Positions 59,460-64,000 of a stretch of 64,000 nucleotides of DNA are shown piece after piece. The stretch covers positions 327,572 through 391,571 of the forward strand of contig CAWIAU010000001.1 in assembly GCA_963834265.1 (NCBI GenBank), read 5' to 3'. The notes below the pieces were generated by a model. That model was not told the DNA's origin. It ran no database searches and worked only from the letters and a program-made list of their open reading frames with translations. The stretch comes from an uncultured bacterium (GTDB lineage Bacteria; Patescibacteriota; Saccharimonadia; Saccharimonadales; 2-12-FULL-41-12). How positions within the stretch are numbered: position 1 is the first letter of the stretch; every line of letters starts with the position of its first letter. Both the position numbers and the translations under genes were made by a program.

Positions 59460-60059
59460 ATGGCAGAAATAACAATAGAAGACATCAAGCGTCTGCGCGA
59501 ATTAACCGGTGTCGGAATCACCGATGCCAAAAAAGCCCTCGAAGAGTCTACCGGCAACTTCGACAAAGCACTGGAAGCAATGCGAAAGAAGGGGCTTACC
59601 AAAGCCGAGAAACGCGGGGAGCGCGAAGCCCGTGCCGGAATTATCGGCACCTACAATCACGACAGCCGTATAGGTGTATTGGTAGAAGTAAACTGCGAGA
59701 CAGACTTTGTCGCCCGCAACGAATTATTTACCGGTTTGGTCAAAGATATTGCTATGCATATTGCTGCATCGGCTCCGTTGTATGTAAGCATGGAGGATAT
59801 TCCTGAAGCAGACCGTGAAATGGCTAAAACAGAGTTTAGTGAAAAAGCCAAAGACGAAGGCAAACCGGAAAATATGCTTGAGAAAATTGTCGAAGGAATG
59901 CTAAGCAAATATTTCGCTGAGCGCTGCCTGCTGGACCAGCCATTTGTCAGAAATCCCAATCAAACAGTAGGTGACTATGTAAACGAACATAACGCCAAAC
60001 TTGGCGAAAATATCGTCGTTCGCCGTTTTTCCCGCATAGCCCTGGGGGAGATTTCTTAA
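59460..60059 (+). CDS. tsf: elongation factor Ts (short form)
   Basis: 199 aa with the N-terminal UBA-like segment IKRLRELTGVGITDAKKALEE and the downstream TDFVARN motif. Confidence 0.95.
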   Translation: MAEITIEDIKRLRELTGVGITDAKKALEESTGNFDKALEAMRKKGLTKAEKRGEREARAGIIGTYNHDSRIGVLVEVNCETDFVARNELFTGLVKDIAMHIAASAPLYVSMEDIPEADREMAKTEFSEKAKDEGKPENMLEKIVEGMLSKYFAERCLLDQPFVRNPNQTVGDYVNEHNAKLGENIVVRRFSRIALGEIS

Positions 60060-60095
60060 CTGTTATCTGTAAGCTGTATACTGTAAACTACTATT

Positions 60096-60660
60096 ATGAC
60101 TCCGCAGGATATAGTCACTCAGGCAAAAAGCAAGCTGGAAGCAGCCGTCAATCACTTTGAAGAAGAAGCCAAAAAACTCCGCACGGGCCGTGCGACATCC
60201 CGGTATGCTGGACGGCATCACTGTAGAGGCTTATGGTCAGCCAATGCCGCTCATTCAGGTAGCTACTATCACAACTCCGGAACCGCAATTACTCCAGTTG
60301 ACACCCTTTGATCCGAATAATCTGCAGGCCATCACTGCTGCTATTCGCGATAACCAATCTCTGGGCATGAATCCCATGGATGACGGGCGTGTAATCCGTG
60401 TGCCGGTCCCGCCTCTGACAGCCGAACGTCGCCAGCAAATTGCAAGACAACTGAGCGAAAAGGTAGAAGATTGCCATGTAGCGATGCGCGGGGTGCGGCA
60501 AAGTGCAATGAAAGATGTTGACTCAGCCAAAAAAGATAAAGATATAGGCGAGGATGAGCACAAAAGACTCAGTAATCAAATCGACCAGCTAATGACGCTG
60601 TACAAGAACAAAATCGAATCCATAGCCGCTGCTAAAGAAAAAGAAATCCTGACCATCTAA
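60096..60660 (+). CDS. frr: ribosome recycling factor, reading frame broken by one extra nucleotide near 60195
   Basis: The N-terminal 33 aa (..KKLRTGRA) are in the frame of 60096. The remainder (HPGMLDGITVEAYG...LTAERR...) is in the frame of 60157. Removing A60195 restores RTGRAHPGMLDGI, which matches the conserved RRF pattern. Confidence 0.9.
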
Positions 60661-60677
60661 TGCTAGAATGAAATAAG

Positions 60678-61799
60678 ATGTCTGCAATTCTTTTTATTCT
60701 GGGTATTGTGCTTTTTATCAGTTTGGTAGTAGTCCATGAGTGGGGACATTTTATTGTCGCGCGTCGTGGGGGAGTGGAAGTTGACGAGTTCGGTATAGGC
60801 TTTCCTCCCAGGGTCTGGAGCAAAAAGGTCAGGACCAAAAAGAGTAAGTTTCTTTTTACAATTAATCTCCTGCCATTAGGTGGCTTTGTCCGGCTCAAAG
60901 GCGAGAGTGATGATGCCACCGCGAAGGGCAGCTACGGCGCCGCACCATTGTCAGTCAAGATTAAGATAATGCTGGCGGGTGTCGGGATGAATCTGGTCGT
61001 AGCCTTCGGCCTGCTGACCATCGTAGCTTTGATAGGGACGCCAACACTCGTTCCGAACCAGTTTACCGTTGCTAACGATACTAATATAACCCGGGAAGTA
61101 GAAAATAAGGGCTTGGTTACCATAGCCAAAGTAGGTGAGAATACACCGGCATACAAGGCAGGGCTTAAGGAAAATGACCAGATTCTGGCCATAGCCGGCC
61201 AAACGATCGACCGCGCAGAAAAGGTCGGAGAAATTATTAGCCGGAATGCCGGAAAAACGGTAGAGATTCAAGTCAAACGTGATGGCCGGCAGCAGAATCT
61301 GACAGCCAGCCTGAACGCGCAGAATGACGGTAGCGGCCTGCTTGGAATATCGAGCCAATCCGGAGAAGAAGGCATACAACTGAGACAATCTACATGGTCG
61401 GCACCAGTCGTTGCCGGAGGAATGATAGCGCAGTTTACCGGGCTTACATTCGAGGGCTTAGGTAAGGTTTTTAGTAGTCTCTCCGAAGGCGACACAAAAT
61501 CAGCCAGCGAGCAAGTAACTGGCCCAATCGGAATATTCAAAATCATGGAGGCCGGCAGCAAAGTCGGAATTAACTTCGTACTGATGCTTACTGCAATTAT
61601 CTCGCTTAGCCTGGCAATTATGAATATCCTGCCTATACCCGCATTAGATGGCGGCCGGCTATTCGTAACACTGTTGTTCAGGGCAATCAAAAAGCCGCTT
61701 ACCAAAAGCCGTGAAGAGTGGATTCATGGAACCGGGTTCGTAGTGCTTATACTGCTGATGATCCTGATATCAGTCGTTGACTACAAAAGATTCTTTTAA
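60678..61799 (+). CDS. rseP: RIP site-2 zinc metalloprotease (RseP/M50 family) with a PDZ domain
   Basis: 373 aa with HEWGH (the HExxH motif), NILPIPALDGG and a central PDZ-like segment. Confidence 0.9.
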   Translation: MSAILFILGIVLFISLVVVHEWGHFIVARRGGVEVDEFGIGFPPRVWSKKVRTKKSKFLFTINLLPLGGFVRLKGESDDATAKGSYGAAPLSVKIKIMLAGVGMNLVVAFGLLTIVALIGTPTLVPNQFTVANDTNITREVENKGLVTIAKVGENTPAYKAGLKENDQILAIAGQTIDRAEKVGEIISRNAGKTVEIQVKRDGRQQNLTASLNAQNDGSGLLGISSQSGEEGIQLRQSTWSAPVVAGGMIAQFTGLTFEGLGKVFSSLSEGDTKSASEQVTGPIGIFKIMEAGSKVGINFVLMLTAIISLSLAIMNILPIPALDGGRLFVTLLFRAIKKPLTKSREEWIHGTGFVVLILLMILISVVDYKRFF

Positions 61800-61805
61800 G
61801 ATCTA

Positions 61806-62624
61806 ATGCGTATCAGGAATAAATTATCGATTGCGAAATCCCGGCAGGATCATGCAGTCATAGTCATGCCGTCTGACAAGAAAAAGGTAACGTATGGTGC
61901 TGCAGCTGCAGTTATCGTAACAATTCTGGCCTATTTTGGTTCACAGTTGTTAGGCGGAGTAATTATAGGTTCTATAGCCGGACTGATGGGGTACGATGAA
62001 GCTCGTATCAAGGCAGTTTTTGAGAGCTCAACAAGCTGGCAGTTTGCATTTTACCTGATAGTTCAGATTCTGACGCTCTTGATTGTGTGGTGGTTCATAA
62101 ATCGTCGCAAAATCCCGCTGAAAGTAATCGGACTGGGCAGACGGCCGGAGCCACGGGACGTAGGTTACGCTCTGATCACAGCTGTTATTTACTTCGCATT
62201 GCTTATAGCTGTAATGTCGGCTGTTCTGGCTCTTCTGCCGGGGCTTGATGCAGATCAGAAGCAACAGTTCGGGTTCGAATCAGCCTCTGGTACGGGACCA
62301 CTGTTTCTGGTATTTGCAGCACTGGTTATTATGCCGGCTATTGTAGAAGAGATTGTGGTTAGAGGGTTTTTATATACCGGACTGAAATCTGCAATGCCAT
62401 ATATTACAGCCGCAATTTCGACAAGCTTACTGTTTGCTGTTGCGCATTTGCAGCTCGGCAGCGGAGCACCGCCTTTGTGGATCGCGGCTATCGATACTTT
62501 TTTGTTATCAATGGTCCTTATACACCTGAGGGAAAAGACAGGTGCATTGTGGTCAGGGATGCTTGTACACGGTCTCAAAAACAGTGTCGCTTTTCTGGGG
62601 CTGTATATCTTTGCATTTGTATAG
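61806..62624 (+). CDS. CPBP-family intramembrane glutamic endopeptidase (CAAX protease-like)
   Basis: 272 aa with EEIVVRGF, FAVAH and HGLKN motifs in TM helices. The start codon is uncertain. Confidence 0.85.
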   Translation: MRIRNKLSIAKSRQDHAVIVMPSDKKKVTYGAAAAVIVTILAYFGSQLLGGVIIGSIAGLMGYDEARIKAVFESSTSWQFAFYLIVQILTLLIVWWFINRRKIPLKVIGLGRRPEPRDVGYALITAVIYFALLIAVMSAVLALLPGLDADQKQQFGFESASGTGPLFLVFAALVIMPAIVEEIVVRGFLYTGLKSAMPYITAAISTSLLFAVAHLQLGSGAPPLWIAAIDTFLLSMVLIHLREKTGALWSGMLVHGLKNSVAFLGLYIFAFV

Positions 62625-62773
62625 GAGTTACAGTATTTGCATTATAACTCACGACATGATATACTTATGAACATGGTTTTTAGTAAAAATTACAGTCTGA
62701 TTATCCCGCCAGCCCCGATATGTCACCGGAGGCTTGGCTAGAATTTACTAAAATTAATGAGAATCAGCACAAG

Positions 62774-62793
62774 CGGCCTCCGGGCCGTTTTTT
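62774..62793 (+). terminator. intrinsic terminator hairpin plus T6, 25 nt upstream of the next gene's start codon
   Basis: CGGCC (62774-62778), loop TCCG, GGCCG (62783-62787), TTTTTT (62788-62793). An alternative pairing exists between CCGGAGGC (62726-62733) and GCCTCCGG (62776-62783). Confidence 0.6.
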
Positions 62794-62817
62794 ATTGCGC
62801 TGATTTAAGGAGATGAA

Positions 62818-63267
62818 ATGAGTAAAAGAGAATTAGAAGTACATGCATCCGGAGATAATTATTGGAATGAAGGCCTGCAAATGCTGGACCAGCAAGTTGA
62901 TTTAAGTTTTCACGATGTAGTCGGACAGTATTGCCGGACGATGGTGATAGGATTTGCCCTGGGAGAATACAGGCTTGAGGAAATACGCAAAGTAACCCAA
63001 TGGGCAGGCAAGCTGGATGGAGAAGCAAGTAGATTGTCCCGGGAACAAGAGTTAACCGGCGATGATCTAATAGAATTTCGGGCCAGGCGACTAGCTCACC
63101 ATTCAATTAGGGCTGCCAGGAATGTGGTTAGCTCTGATGAATCTATAGACATCTATGTTGACCGTCGGGACGAGGAGCTGGTTCAGGCTTACCAGATGCT
63201 AAAGAGCAGAAGACATAAGGTGGGAGTTCGGAGAAGATATAAGCATGACAGTGGTACAATAAACTAA
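62818..63267 (+). CDS. hypothetical protein (149 aa)
   Basis: The ORF has a good Shine-Dalgarno site (AAGGAG, 7 nt upstream). I recognise no motif. Confidence 0.6.
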   Translation: MSKRELEVHASGDNYWNEGLQMLDQQVDLSFHDVVGQYCRTMVIGFALGEYRLEEIRKVTQWAGKLDGEASRLSREQELTGDDLIEFRARRLAHHSIRAARNVVSSDESIDIYVDRRDEELVQAYQMLKSRRHKVGVRRRYKHDSGTIN

Positions 63268-63284
63268 GTCTCTGGAGAAAAATA

Positions 63285-64000
63285 ATGAAACTATCAAAAC
63301 TATTTACTAAAACAACCAAAAATGTTCCCGGGGACGAGACCGCCCGTAATGCGCAGTTGTTGATTCAGGCTGGCTTTGTACACAAAGAAATGGCTGGTGT
63401 TTACAGCTTTCTGCCACTTGGACAAATAGTCCTCAATAATATTACAGCGATAATACGTGAGGAAATGAATGTTATAGATGGACAGGAATTGCTTATGCCT
63501 GCTTTGCAACTCAAAGAACGATACGAACTGACCGGTCGCTGGGACGACAAGGTTGTCGACAACTGGTTTAAAACAAAGCTCGCGAATGGTACTGAAGCAG
63601 GTTTAGGTTTCTCACATGAAGAAAATCTCGTACCAATTGTTAAGAACTTTATAAATTCATATAAAGACTTACCGATCGCACCGTACCAGATACAGACTAA
63701 GTTCAGGAATGAGCTCAGGAGCAAGAGCGGGTTGATGCGCGGACGTGAGTTCCTGATGAAAGACATGTATTCGTTTAGTCTGAACGAAGCGCAGCATGAC
63801 GAATTTTATGCCAGAGCGCAGAATGCGTACGTTCGAGTGTACGAACGGCTGGGCATTGGCGATCGTACTTTCATGACCTTTGCCAGTGGCGGCAGTTTCA
63901 GCAAATATAGTCATGAATTCCAGACACTCAGCGATGCAGGAGAGGATACTATTTATCTGAGCCGCGAAAAAAAGATTGCCATCAACAAAGAAGTCCTGAC
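63285..64000 (+). CDS. proS: proline--tRNA ligase, 5' part (runs off the window end)
   Basis: My own translation gives MKLSKLFTKTTKNVPGDETARNAQLLIQAGFVHKEMAGVYSFLPLG...YQIQTKFRNELRSKSGLMRGREFLMKDMYSF, which contains class II motif 2. The ORF is absent from the supplied track because it has no stop in the window. Confidence 0.93.
   Translation, partial: MKLSKLFTKTTKNVPGDETARNAQLLIQAGFVHKEMAGVYSFLPLGQIVLNNITAIIREEMNVIDGQELLMPALQLKERYELTGRWDDKVVDNWFKTKLANGTEAGLGFSHEENLVPIVKNFINSYKDLPIAPYQIQTKFRNELRSKSGLMRGREFLMKDMYSFSLNEAQHDEFYARAQNAYVRVYERLGIGDRTFMTFASGGSFSKYSHEFQTLSDAGEDTIYLSREKKIAINKEVL

Noticed and set aside
1021-63914. Short ORFs nested in or antisense to conserved housekeeping genes (for example 1021..1269, 2733..3122, 50910..51155, 52406..52753, 55016..55333, 57384..57734, 58940..59386, 60255..60563, 61268..61705, 63401..63766).
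   Set aside because: Each is fully overlapped by a confidently identified conserved gene, and none has a recognisable motif.

Overview
This 64-kb window appears to come from a small, reduced bacterial genome. TGA is used as a stop (lepB, the P-loop kinase), so the code is standard. The gene content suggests a CPR/Patescibacteria, Saccharibacteria-like organism: compact overlapping housekeeping operons, Gram-positive-type envelope genes (LCP, HtrA, signal peptidase I), AT-rich spacers with few Shine-Dalgarno sites, and giant surface genes. That taxon call is inference only.

Layout:
(1) 1-3.9 kb: a small thioredoxin-fold-like ORF, a T-box-like leader, ileS and rplU.
(2) 3.9-49.2 kb: an accessory island of about 44 kb. 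Three + strand giant genes dominate it (3400, 4377 and 4615 aa; 4372..14574, 20067..33200, 34353..48200). They encode G/T/A/S/N-rich fibre-like surface proteins built from shared cassettes.
- About 13 kb of the island is in-frame tandem arrays whose copies look identical (periods 408, 864, 747 and 921 bp).
- Between the giants lie a delta-60/beta-propeller-type secreted protein followed by a decayed copy of its own 3' end, two AT-rich single-pass membrane proteins, and a 274-aa membrane protein that carries the same module as the C-terminal parts of giants 2 and 3.
(3) 49.2-64 kb: ordinary housekeeping genes. These are parA-parB, lepB, an LCP-family gene, a membrane protein, htrA, prmC-(P-loop kinase)-prfA-rpmE on the minus strand, rpsB-tsf-frr, rseP, a CPBP protease, a hypothetical gene and the 5' part of proS. 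The frr gene is split by a 1-nt frameshift.

I could support no rRNA, tRNA, CRISPR array, transposase, integrase or DGR.

The most interesting signal is the giant-gene island. I read it as a candidate variable, probably trimeric, surface-fibre or adhesin system with no recognisable export or assembly machinery.
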